64,000 bases of DNA from Camelus dromedarius (Eukaryota), in assembly GCF_036321535.1 (NCBI RefSeq), contig NC_087437.1, forward strand, positions 121,212,001 to 121,276,000, written 5' to 3'. This document shows, in pieces, positions 24,158 to 36,599 of this stretch. Each line of letters starts with the position of its first letter. Positions within the stretch are counted from its first letter, which is position 1. The notes beneath the pieces were generated by a model. It was not told the DNA's origin. It made no database searches and saw nothing but the letters and a program-made list of their open reading frames with translations. The position numbers and the translations under genes were made by a program.

Positions 24158-26526
24158 CTGCGGGTGGCAGAGCACACCAGGTGAGCCCAGGCCGCCTGGG
24201 GACAGGTGCTCGTCCGGCCCACGTGGTCCCAGCAGCCTTGCCGACTCCCGGGGCTCAGCTCGCTCGCTGGCTCTCAGGGCTCTGGGCTGGTCGAAACAGC
24301 TCCAGTCACCCAGGATGATTCCACTTCACATGGGTTGTTAAAGTATTATTTCCAAAGGGAATAAATGAAGGTCACCCGGCACTCAGATATTTCATCAAAG
24401 TATCTCATATAGTTAGGAATATTCACAGTACTTTTCAGAACTAGTTTCTTAGCTATTCCTAATTCCACTAGGAAATCTCTGAACTGGACTGTATAAAATG
24501 TATGTTCCCATGGCAAGGACAAAGGTGACTGGAATTATTTAAATATTGAGAAAAAGACAGGCACCAAGATTTTTCTCGGTGATGTATTCTAGCAGAAAGA
24601 TGGCCGTCTGTGGTCTCTGGAAGTCAGCTGTGCCTCAGTCTACCCAGTCCACCTCCCATCACCACCACTGACAGGTCTGAGTCCAATGCCCAGCGCGGGG
24701 TCCCTCCTGCTGGGAGACCGCGAGCATCTCACACGCACTTGGGGAGATTCTCAGGTTAGCATGTGCTCAGCTATCCCGGGAGACTCACCTGTAAAACCGC
24801 AAGGCCGTTAAGTTACAATATGAAAAATAACAGCCAATTTTAAATAAACGCATCTCCTTCACCTGCACCCACGAGCTCAGGATCCTGTGGGCACCCAGGA
24901 ACGTGAAGAGCCCTGAAGGTCCTCAGCTCCGTGCCTGGCCCCTCGCTCTTCTCTCTCATGCTTGTCTTCAACACCATGTCACAGGATTGCTCTGAAGGAT
25001 GTGTTTATCTTTGATACAATCTTATTATTTCTACCTTTAAGTTGCTCACAATCCTCTTCACAGCTGCATTTTATGGTTAATCCCTTGAACTTGCTGACCT
25101 CCTCAGTCAGCTCTACTGACTATGCTTTTACACTCGGTATTATGGAAAACGCAAACACACACCAAACCAGACAGCAGAACTCAATGACTACCCGTAAGCA
25201 CACATCACTCCACCTCAACACCTGCCGCTCGGCGCCAAACTTCTTGAAAGCATGAACGTTTCTCAGCACCTGCCGTGCACACCGAGTTAACGCTGAGACA
25301 AGAAAGAAAACAGTACAAAACGGTCTCTGAGGAGGACGCTAATGACCTACACTGACAACAGCAGCAGTAAACGAGATGCTCCAAAGCGTTTGGGCCACAA
25401 GTCCCGCAGGAGAGCGTGTTCCCCAGGCAGGCGACCCTGAACACTTCACGGGGAGGGAGGAGCCCGGCTGGGCTTCAAGCAGGGAGGTGCCGAGCCAGGG
25501 GCAGACCAGGGGAGGGTGCGCCAAGACGGTTCATCCGTGAACTGAGAAGTCAAGGGTGCAGAAAATTCTATAAATTCACCCATGGGTTAAACTGGCCTTT
25601 TGCGACTTGCCATGTAGAAAAGTACAGGAAAAGGCATCGGTTTCAAATAAGTAAGTATTTCATTTCTATAAAATAGTGTATCTTATTTGCTTTTCTTCTC
25701 CACAGTCATTAAGATCGTGATTATTAGTGCCAATAATCCTTTGTAAAAGGGAACTTCTTCCCTTTTTATACAGCATACTTCCTTGTTAATTCTCTTACCT
25801 ACAACCCCATCTACAAAAGGAAGAAACAAAAACCGCTGCCGCTCAGGAATTCCGATACAAACGTAGTAAATTTATTTACAGGCCCTCATATATTCCTGTT
25901 TCTAAAAGTCATACATGTTTATCTCAGAGAAGAAGACTTGTAAGTAGAAAGAAAATCATCCCACCATTGGAACAGAACCATTGTTTACATTTTTCGCTAC
26001 ATTTCCAATTACATACATTCACACATGAACTTTCTTCAAAAAGAAAAAAGCCTACCGATTAGTAGCCTTTTAACTTGCTTTTCTCATTCACTCCAGCACG
26101 GATACCATCCCTTACCATTAAACGTTATTCTAGGTCACTTACAACATCCGTGTAGTGTCCTAACACGTGGATTAGTACAAGTTGCTTAACTCTCTACTAC
26201 TGAAAACCTAGGTTGCTTTAAAATTTCTCCCCTTTTAAAAACAACACTGTGACAAAGGCGGGGGCGACCACGCTGGACTCTGACCCACCGGCTCCCTTCT
26301 GAGAGCTCCCCAGCCAGGCCAAGTGGTGTCCAGCTTTAGGGTCACGCTTCTCTCATCTACGTTGAGCTGTCCTTCGAGACTGAAATGATGATGTCAGCAC
26401 CACCATCATTAACCTGCTAAAGTTTGAGGAGCACGCCCAGCGGCCCCTGTCACTGCGCCGCCGTCCACGCGCCCACCCCGCCGCCAGCCTCCCCAAGGGC
26501 CCCCGGCGCCGCTCCCGGGCACTTAC

Positions 26527-26645
26527 TGTTGGGGTGGAACATCTCACAGGTAAATCGCATCTTTGGAGGACTTAACGGGTAATCAAGCGGGAAACTGAGG
26601 ATGGCAGGAAAGACCCCGAACTCAAAGCAGGTGTCCTCCGGGCCC
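26527..26645 (-). CDS. UBE2G2: UBE2G2 coding exon 4 (119 nt, [39 protein letters not shown])
   Basis: UBC-fold motifs YPxxPP and HPN. Acceptor GTCTTCTAG and donor |GTAAGT. Confidence 0.98.
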
Positions 26646-29600
26646 CTAGAAGACACAAGGACACAGGCAGGAGTGCAAGGAAGGCTTTTTTTCAGTATCT
26701 ACCACATTTTAGGGAGTTAAGGAAATTTCTACTGCTTCACAAATGCACATGAAAAGATTATCCAAATAATAACAACAAATTAGTACTTTCTTCCGAATGG
26801 GAAGCAACGTCTCACTGTCCCTCCCAATCTGGTTTAAATCACAAAGACCGACTGCGGGCACAGTTTTTAGGGCAACAAAGGTGAGAGTGGGACAGCAGCA
26901 CGTCGGAGCAACGGCACCAGAGGAGAGAACTCACGCCGGCTCTGTAAGACCTTGGGGATTCCATTTTTCTATCTGGTACAATTACATTTTAGGATAAAGA
27001 TATAAGTCACAGTACAAGTTAGAGCAAGATTCCGCTGTATTAAATGAATGAGGGGTTAAGAGTCGTTATGTCAAAGGCTATTTTTAATTTTTAAATGCAC
27101 GTGCGAAGTGATTTTGTAACCTTCCAGAAACAGATAAAGAGCACACGTGAGCTCACTGGTGACACTAGCTGCAAAGGGCCAGGCATGTGCACATGCACTG
27201 GGCTGCAAGCTGGGACCTGTGGCCTGGGCGCGGGCCATGTCCTGTGCCGACACAGCCACCTGAGCCCTCACTGTCCCCAGGCACGCACGTGCCTGTCTGC
27301 CTGGGTGGACATACTCCTCACATGGAAAATGGCAGAAACGGGCCAAACCGCTTCCAAAGTCCTGTTAAACTGTAAAATTCTATCCTGTAAGTTAACACTG
27401 CCTTGACCAGTACACACAGCAGGAAGGCCAGCCCGCCCCGCCTGCCCGCATGTTAACAGAGAGGAACTCCTCCACCCCTTACAAATTCCACTTCTAAATT
27501 GAATTCATAAATCTACCTTAGAGTAGTTCTTAAAAATCTTAGACCATCTTTCCAAGGCGAAGTTTTATAAGAAAGGAGAACGGCTGCACGAGTTACAGGC
27601 ACTGACACGGGGCAAGTACTCGGGGAAGACGCAGCACTCCAGCAGACAGGAGCAGACCCCCACGCTGCCCGCGGGAGTGGAGAGCGCGGCCCCTCCGCCG
27701 GCTCCCCTGCTCCGCCAGGCCCCGCACGCATCATGACCCCAGGACAGGGCGACCCGCACAGGCCGAGACCTCCATGACAGGAGCCGCTCAAAGACACAAA
27801 CCACAGAGAGGAGGCGTACAAACAGCTCTGCTTTCCCATGGTGACAACCCGGGGGTGGTGACAGCAGCCAGAGGTGGGCCCAGGACAGCACGGGGGTGGG
27901 GGTGGGGTCAGATAAGAACAAGGCGAGAAGTGTTTGTAAGACATAAGCCTTGACTCTGAAATCTGTCCCTGCTGTTTCTGGGGAGGCCAGGGTGAAAGCA
28001 CCTCATCTTGGAGGGATGTGGCCCGAGACCGGAAGGGGGAAGCCCTGGGCAGAGGGGAGTGCGGGGCCAACTCGCAGCAAACTGCCCGCCCCCCACGGTG
28101 GACGCCCCAAAGCCTCTCCCTCTGAGGCAGGGTCTGCACAGACCTGGGGGGAAGTCTGTGGTCCCCCCTCACCTGCTCTTCCGGGCAGATGACAAAAGCC
28201 GCCCCGTTAGCTCTCCCCGCATCCTTCCGAGGAAGGTGTCAGGGTTAAGTGACGGTCCGGGTCCCTGTCAGTTTGGCAAGAGCTCGAACGGCACGCCCAG
28301 GAGCCTGGGCAAACGGAGGCGGTCTGTAAAGCGAGGCTGTTAACACACTGGAGGGCTCGCCAGGGCCCCAGGGCTCCTGGCACAGCTGCTTCAGAACAGA
28401 AAGGAATGTCTGGGTTGCGTTTCTGGACTGAGCCAAGAGGTATTTGCTCAATACTTTGATCACAGTTCTTTGTTTCTCATAATAGAGCTTTCTTTAAAAT
28501 TAAAAAGGAAGAAGCCCACTGGGTCTCCAGTAGCTTTGGAAGCATGATCAAACATTTCCTAAAGTGCTCCCGCATCTTAACTGTCAAAGCTGTTTCCACA
28601 TGCTCTGGTTCGCCGCTGGTTTGACACTGGGGTTCAGAGGGCCAGCTGCCCTGGACTCGCAGCCAGGTGGGCCCCGGTGGGCGGCACACCTGCTGATGCC
28701 ATGGAAAACGCTGTCGAGAAGATTCCTGAACCAAGACGAGAGTGGTAATTGGTGTTGTTTTTGGACAAGTCGCACTGCCGCGCTCCAGGCCAGCCTCCTT
28801 CTCCTCCACCAAAGAAGGCCTCAGCCCGAAATCTTCAGAAAGAAAAGGGAAGAGTATCAGAAGAGAAAAGCAAACCCAGCTCCTCCGAGGCCGCAGGTCA
28901 CTTTCTATCTTAACGGATTAAAGCAACGGCCTGAGTGACTTCAGAGCTCGGAGGTGAGTGTGCTCATCTTCTGAGGTGAGCACCTGAGTGGAGCTCAACC
29001 ACCACCTGGACTCTGTGCAGAAACAGCGCGTCACACAGCTCACGCTGACGTGCGGGCCTCGGGGGAAGGGGGTGCGGAGGTCACAGCCCTGGTCTCACCC
29101 GACCGCCACCCAGCAGCACTCGCCCTCCAGAGGGACAGTGCCCAGCGCAGCGCCGCCACCACGCCGTCACTAACAGTCAGTCATCGCGGAGCCAACAGAA
29201 AGTGGAGACACGCTCGCTTAGTCTTCCAACGTTAAACGCGAGAGGAGCCGCGCTGCGCTCCTCACTCCCACCCGCGCTCCGAGATGACGGAGGCGGCAGG
29301 CAGGCCGGGCGCCGTGTCTGGGCGAGGGGGGCCGCCTGCCTGGTGGCGCGGTCCAGGGCCGCAGCCTGCGCGTCACTCTGGCTGCGCCAGGTGTGGAGGC
29401 AGCTGGTCTGTGCTATTCCCTTCTCCAAGTTGTCCCAGCATGTGCACAGAACGTCTCAAACACACATGCGACAATGCTTTAACTAATGGGGACGTGAGCG
29501 CCCTCACTGGCACTTCAGCTGGAACTGGGTTACTGAGGGGCAGCCACTCTCCAAAGCCACGACCACCTGAAGCACAGAAAAGAAAGGAGCGTGGTTACCC

Positions 29601-30614
29601 AGACCCCCTTCCCGTCCAGGCCAGGTGCCGCCCCCCCCCGCGAGCACCCAGCGGGGCAGCCGTGCAGGGGACGGCGTCAGAGCAGAGGCGCCAGCTCCAC
29701 CTGCTCCCTCTGCCCGCAGTGCAGCCGCGACTCCTTCCCACGCCCGCCTCCCCACCGCCGGAGGGGTGCACGCCCGCCCCAGCCCTGGGCCGGGCGCCCG
29801 GCTTCAGCCCAAGCAGAGGCTGAAGGGGCACCTGCTGCATCTGCCGGAGGCGGCCCCTGCGGCAGCGGGCTGCACAGACACGGCCGGGAAGGGGCTGCCC
29901 CCGCCGCAGGAAAGCAGGCCGGGCGTGGGGAGCTGTCACCCAGGCAGTGCCCCCGCAGCCTGTGTCCTGGCACCTGCTGGTCCCAGTGGGGCTACACGTC
30001 TACACCCAGCTGGCAGCAGCCCTGCCTCAGCGCCGTGTCTTGGGGAAGGACCCGGGCAGCCGTTTTGCTGCCGTTTCCTCTTCTGTTGCGCACTAAGCGC
30101 CCCCAGCAACCCGGACGTAAAGAACCAACGCTGGGAGCTGGGGGAGGGCAGGACAGGCGCCTCTGTCAGGAATCACTGAAGCAACAAACACAGGCTTTCT
30201 TCCATGTGATTATTTTCAGGATTTAATCTGCTCAAAAGGAGCTAAGAGTCATCTCCGAATTTTGGCTGCAACAGAAATTTCTGAAAACTTCAAATCAAAT
30301 ACACTTTAACTATATTTAAAGTGCACAAAGTAAGTCCATCAATCATACGAATTTCATAGTGCATTTGGATGGACATAAACTCTGACCTTGCCCAGAATGA
30401 GTAGGAGGGTCAGAGAAGACTCAAACACACGAGTATACACAGGAAAGCAGGCGAACCCCTTGCGGGCCGCCCCTCCCGAGTCACCCCGCAGCCACGGCGA
30501 GCCCCACTCTTCTCCCAGGCTCGCCTCTGTGGGCATGAATTCACATACTCGCACCCACAAAACTGGGTTATTTTTTAAAAATGTCTCATGGCGCTGCTGG
30601 GAGGAATTTTAAAA

Positions 30615-32045
30615 CACCTAAATAAATGGAGAGACATTCCACGTGCACGGACTGGAGCACTCAGGATCGTTAAGGTGCCAGTATTCCTCGGACTGGTCTG
30701 AAGACTCAGCGCAACCTCTCTCAAAATCCCAGCTGGCTTCTCCACAGAAACTGACAGCTGCTCCCCAAATTCCAGCAGGAAGGCAAGGGACCCAGAACAG
30801 GCAGAGCAATCCTGAAAAGGGAGAACACTACACTCCCAATTTCAGAACTTACGAGCTAGAGCGACGGAGACCGTGTGGTGCTCATGGGAGGACGGACAGA
30901 GCACCGGAGCAGAAGTCAGGCCCGCAGCCAGACCCTCACATTCAGGGTCAACGGATTCTGACAAAGGTGCCAAGGTAACCCAATGCAGCAAGGATCTTCT
31001 CTTCAACAAACGGTGCAGGACAACTGGACAGCCACCCACTGAAGGATGAAGTTGGCCCCCTACCCAAAGCCACACCCCCAAATCATCCAAAATGGGCCAA
31101 AAACCTAAATGTAAGAGCTATAAATATAAAACTTCTGAAAGAAAACGTACGAGAGAACTTTTGTAACCTTGGGTCATATGACACCAAAAGCATGACCCAT
31201 ACAAGGAAACAACCGCCGCTCTGCACTTCACAGGAATTAAAATGCCTCAGCTTCAAAGCGCCCCGTCAGGAGACGGACAGGAGAGCTGCAGCCCGGGGGA
31301 AAACATCTAAATCCCACATTGCCTGACAAAGGACTTGTATCTAAAATACATAAAGACCTTGAGGACTGAATAAGAAGACAACCCAGTTTAAAAATGGGCA
31401 AAAGTTCTTAAATTCACCAAAGAAGACATGAGAATGGCCAAGAAGCCCAGGAAAGGGCACTCCGCACCACCGGGCACTGAAACGCGGAACAAGTCCACAC
31501 GGAGACCCCCATGCCCACTAGGACACCCGTCAGCACCCAGCACCCAGCAGGGCGGGGAGGTGCAGGGAGGTGCAGGCAGGAACTCCACGGCGCGGTGGGA
31601 GCCTACAACGGTGAGCTCTTCTGGAAAACAGCCCGGCAGTTCCTAAACGTTAACATGAACTGACTGCTGGGGCAGCGCCGCTGCTGTGGGCTCAGCTGGG
31701 AGGAAGGGCTGGGCGTCTCCGACCCGCATGTGAGTGTGGCAGCAGCCGAGGGCCCATCTGCAGTGGACGCGACTCGGCTGTGACAGGAAGGAGCTGCTGA
31801 CGCCGGCATCTCCGAGAAAAAGGGACTAGACAGCGATGACTCCACTTGCAGGAAAGGTCCAGAAAAGGTAAATTGATCGAGTCAGCAGGTAAGAGGTGGA
31901 CAACCGAGGGCGGGGAGGGGGACTGAGCGCAAACAGGCATGAGGACCTTTTGGAAATAAATGCTCTAAAGCTGAATTACTGATCATACACTTAATACAGG
32001 TACAACTTACGATGTGTAAGTCACATCTCAGTAAAGCTGTTAAAT
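30615..32045 (+). mobile_element. Old LINE-1 ORF2 end plus 3' UTR (L1M)
   Basis: CTAAATAAATGGAGAGACATTCCA, TCTCTTCAACAAACGGTGC, CCTAAATGTAAGAGCTA and a terminal TCTCAGTAAAGCTGTT. Confidence 0.8.
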
Positions 32046-35000
32046 GTATCTGGCCACCTCAGGGTGTCCTGGCCCCGACACTGCTGCCACCTCGGGCGTC
32101 CTGGTGTCACAGGGCACTCAGTGCCCACCCGGCCGGTGCCTGCAGAAGCGCACCCCCTGCGTGACCACCACCACCACCTCCAGGCACAGCCTGACGTCCC
32201 GCGGGGCGAGGCCACCCGTAGTGACAACAATGGTCCAGACCTGCTGCCCACCGTCTGCTGCAGCCTTGCTGAACACGGGGGGTGGGGGGGGGCGTCCATG
32301 AAGTCAGTGCATGGACTCTGCCGGAACGGCTGCAGTGAGGCCGGCATCCTGCCAACTGGATGTCCATGACTGTATCAGACAAGGATGCTTCTGGGGTTTT
32401 TTTTATTACTATAGTGAATGTTGAAATGAACCTCCTCACACAGAGGTCTTTGTGACACTTCTGATGAAGAAATTCCCACGGTGGGAACTATTGGGTCAGA
32501 GAACATACAGCACAAATTATAAACATCTATTTTAGTATCTCAGGTTTATTTTGGCAGGCACAATGCTGAGAGGAGACAGTCTTCTGTAAACCAGAGGCCT
32601 GATCTAAAGGGCGGTGACCGTGACTTCTGCACCCAGCGCGGGCCAAGCACACACAGTCCAGGTGAAGCGAGAGCCGGGAGCCCTGGCACCCGCAGGTGTG
32701 AACTGGCTTCACCCAGGCGCTGGCGGTAACGCGGGGGTGCGGTCAGCCAAGGGTCCCGGCCGTTCAGGAAGGGGAGGAGCCTTCTCATTTCACCACAGCC
32801 TCTGGGCCCTGATCTGGAGATGGGACGGCAGCCTGGCCATGGAGCAGGCAGGGAGGTCCCCACGCCAGCCGCTGTATGAAGGCCGGGGCGGGACAGAGGC
32901 GGGCGGCGAGACTCCAAGGGACTTCACATCTTTTCGAGCCACTGAGGCTGAACTGCCGTCCTGCCGCCACAGGCTCTTCCTGCCTGACAGAGGCACGTCC
33001 ACCTCCAACACCACGGCCAAGGCCCACAGGTGACGAGGGCCAGACACCCCAGAGCTGGGAGAGGTGAAGTCAAGGGTCTAAGACCACGTTGAACCTCTGT
33101 TCTGACCCAAATGAGTGAAAGTCAGAGGCAGAGTTCAGGAGGCCTGCCCATCCGGGGGGCTGGAAGGCCCGGCCCTCTTCTGCTGGGTCACACGCTCAGA
33201 CTTCACTGTGAGCACGGCTGAGAGTCACTCAGGTTTATTTCCAACTTTTAATCAGAGAACAGGCTGTGGGGCATCACTACTGTTAGTTAGTTTGCTGTGT
33301 TCCCCACCCCAGTCCCTTAATCTTCTTCTTCCAGGGTAGAGATCTGGGGTCACCCAGGACACGCCTGCATCCCCTAACATAACAGGCACTCTGTATTTGT
33401 CTCTTGAGCACCTGAAAAGATGTTTCCTCACTGCACAGCTGAGAGGATGGAGGCCCCGAGGTAAGCACGCCTTCAGAGGCCGACTGCACCAGGCTCCCAG
33501 AGGTGGAGGCCGGCATGGCTTTTAGGGACACGAGGGTCTGGAAGAAACCCTGGAAACGATCAAAGAATAAAGAGAGAAAAGAACACCCATCACTATGGAG
33601 TGGGACTCAGCCAGCTGTCTGCCAAACAGCAGGGGGAGCGAACCAGCAGGAGGACAGTTAATTCCTTAATGGGTGTTTGAGCACATCTGTGAACGGCCTC
33701 CTGTTTTGACAGGGTCTGGAACAGGACCAAAGACCACAAACTCACCAGATCTTGAAGCAGGGGAATTCCACACTAATGCAGAAAGCCTTATTCAACATAA
33801 AAGTGGTCTACCTAAAAATAGTCCTAATTGCTTTTTAAGACAGGTTTTCAAAATATTGGCTTAATTTTATGCTCTTTATCTATAATTAGTAATTTTACCC
33901 TAACAGATTCTTAACAACAGACACTTAAAAAACCATCCTGTAAGGCTCAAGCGTCCCTGTAAGGCCTTCTAAAGAAGTCTACGTGGACGTGCTCAGGCAC
34001 CACTTCCAAAGATGGAAGAACTGTCAGGTGACTGTGCGCTCTGCACCCACAGAGGCCCCCTGACAATCTGTGCACCCACGCCAGGCTTGCTGCCCTGGTG
34101 GTGTGCCTACATGTCTGCACGAACACAGAAAGAATGAATATGACGTCATAAAGGAAAAGAACAGGTTACAAATCAAGTTCATGTGATATGATCTCCTGTT
34201 TCTCTAAAAATAAAGCTGCAGCTGGGCCGAGTGCACAACGCCCTGTTCCATGAAAAGAAGGACACTGCTGACCAGGAGACTCACCATCCAACTCGTAACT
34301 GTTTTCGGGCAGTGAAGACACAATACCATGTTAGACCCACATACAGACTGCGAAGTCATCCTCCTGCCAGAAATATTTAAACCCGAAGGAAAGACAGGCA
34401 TCTCAGGCCCAAGCAATCAGGGCATTACAGATCACCAGGAAGCATTAGTCTCGATGCCCTTTCTCCAGACTGCATTTATTGATGATTTTTTAAATAATTT
34501 GCTTTTCAAAAAATTTCATTTTCACATCAACTTCCATGTATTAATCTAACCCACAGACAACATTCAGCAGCAATTTGTTTCTCAGACTAAATGTGATGTA
34601 AGCAGCGGGCAAACTAAGAAAGTCTGACGATGTCAACATTACCGCCTCAAACCAGAGTTCATGCTCGCTCCAGCAAAGTCACACTCCCTCCAGGCTCCCC
34701 CAGGGCACCATCAGCGAAATCCAACCTGAAAACTTCCTACCTAATTAAAGGATCTCATTTTACTAGTGAGAATACCGAAACTGATGATAACCCCAACTTC
34801 TAAATTACACCTGCCCACATTTTGTTACAAATTCAGTGAGTCTAAAAATGGCCAAGGACTGCACATCTGAAGTAGAAGAGACACAAAGGGCCTGGGTCAT
34901 GGGCCAAAGAACACGCTGGAATCTGGGGTCAACTGGGCTCTTTTCAAGCAACATCATCATGAGGGAAATACCGTGAAATCCAGTCCAGATCTTTCCAGAA

Positions 35001-35573
35001 TGGGGACAGGAACCACATTGCTCACCTTTGAACTAAGCCACGTCTCGAGTCAGGGACAAGGGAAGGCCAGACAAGGCAGAGGGGAAAAGGAGCAGCAGCA
35101 GAGGAGGAGTAGAACATGGGGGTGTGGGAGGAGGAAGTGGGGGGCAGAGGGGGAGGAGCGGGAGAGGAAGGTGAGGAGGAAGCCAGGCGCACAGTGGGCA
35201 GGGCCCAGGCGGCACCCGCATGCTAAGGCCCCCTGCCCACGGTCAGAGCCCCAGGCTCACAGGACTTCTTGCAGCCAAAGCCCACTCGGAGGCTAGCCCA
35301 GCACAGCCAGCCACACGACATCCAGACTTTATTATCCTGAAACCACAAATACAAATACTCACACTCGCCCTTTTCACGGCTCCAAGGAAACACTCTCACT
35401 GCTCTGGATGGATGTCTGTGCTGCTTTCTGCTCTCAGATCAGCAGATGAGAGAAAGCCTCAACCTAAGAGCACACCTGGCCTCTTGCCGGTGGACACTTT
35501 TGCGCTGGAGGTGTCTCACAGGCCTAGTTTCCAGTCAAGGCTTAAAACCGAACAGCACATGGGATGAACTTAC

Positions 35574-35619
35574 ATGATCAGTGCCTCCCACTCAAAAAAG
35601 TTCTCTTCGTTCATGGGGC
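35574..35619 (-). CDS. UBE2G2: UBE2G2 coding exon 3 (46 nt, GPMNEENFFEWEALIM)
   Basis: Acceptor TTTCCCTGCAG and donor |GTAAGT. It is separated from exon 2 by a 95-nt intron. Confidence 0.97.
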
Positions 35620-35714
35620 CTGCAGGGAAAGAAGGAATTCCACATTTTAACTTTGAGGGCAACTTTGGCAACCAGAAGCAAATTATAAAGAGGTTAATTC
35701 CACACCAAACTTAC

Positions 35715-35750
35715 CTGCCACAATTCCTTCCGGAGGGTTCAAGGTTAATT
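35715..35750 (-). CDS. UBE2G2: UBE2G2 coding exon 2 (36 nt, QLTLNPPEGIVA)
   Basis: Acceptor TTTTGTAG and donor CAG|GTAAGT. The frame continues exon 1 (phase 1-1). Confidence 0.97.
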
Positions 35751-36599
35751 CTACAAAATTAAAAAGTAAAACCATTATGAAAAAGAATGATTATGTTGCA
35801 TTTTAACTAAAAAGTGTAAAGCATACCGAAGACTATAAATTATATGGTACACATGTTAACAGATGAAAATGCTGCTTGTCCCAAGTGAATGTCTGCTCCA
35901 GTTACATTTCTGATCAAGACTCTGTAAGCAGTCCTTCATACCAGCAGAGCAGTTTTAGAACTGTAAACACTTACAAATGAAGAAACATACAAGAGGGTCA
36001 ACTGTCTTTCCAAAATATTCCCTCTGGATATTTTGATTAAAGCTCACAAATCAATCACAATATATTATTTCCTAACTGAAATGGACTTTCTGTCATTGCG
36101 AAAGTTGTAACAAACCTTTCTGAAGGTGATAAACTAGAGCTGTGAATAGCACTGAGGTTTCAAAAGCCTGGTATCCTCAAGTTCATCAAGTGGTCTACAG
36201 GCTGCCGGTCGACCTCCGACTCCACGCTACAAAACCTGTGGGCCCCCAGGCATGAGGCCCCACAGGGTATCAGACCAACACTGGGAGCAGAAACAGGAGA
36301 AAACCAGTCGGCAGCAGCGTCTCTTGGCAATTTAAGAAGGTGAGAAGTTGCTCAAAGCCTGGAGGCCCAGCTCTGCCACCTGGGAGCTGCTGCTGAGGAA
36401 TGTGACTCCCACCCTCGGCCTCCTCACTGTGCCCACAGGAGGCCCCAGGGTGAAGCCACGCCTGTGGACGGACTGGAAAGTGGATGACGGGAGATGGAAG
36501 GGGACGCGGGCGAGACGGGCAGCCACGCAGGACCACGGGGCCAGACGGCCAGTGCCTCCCGTCTGGGCCGAGTGCCACGCTGGGATGCTACTAGAATAG

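Noticed and set aside
25651..25705. Plus-strand GTAAGT...TTTTCTTCTCCACAG mini-intron
   Set aside because: It is only 55 nt, below the usual mammalian minimum, antisense within an AT-rich intron, and has no flanking ORF.
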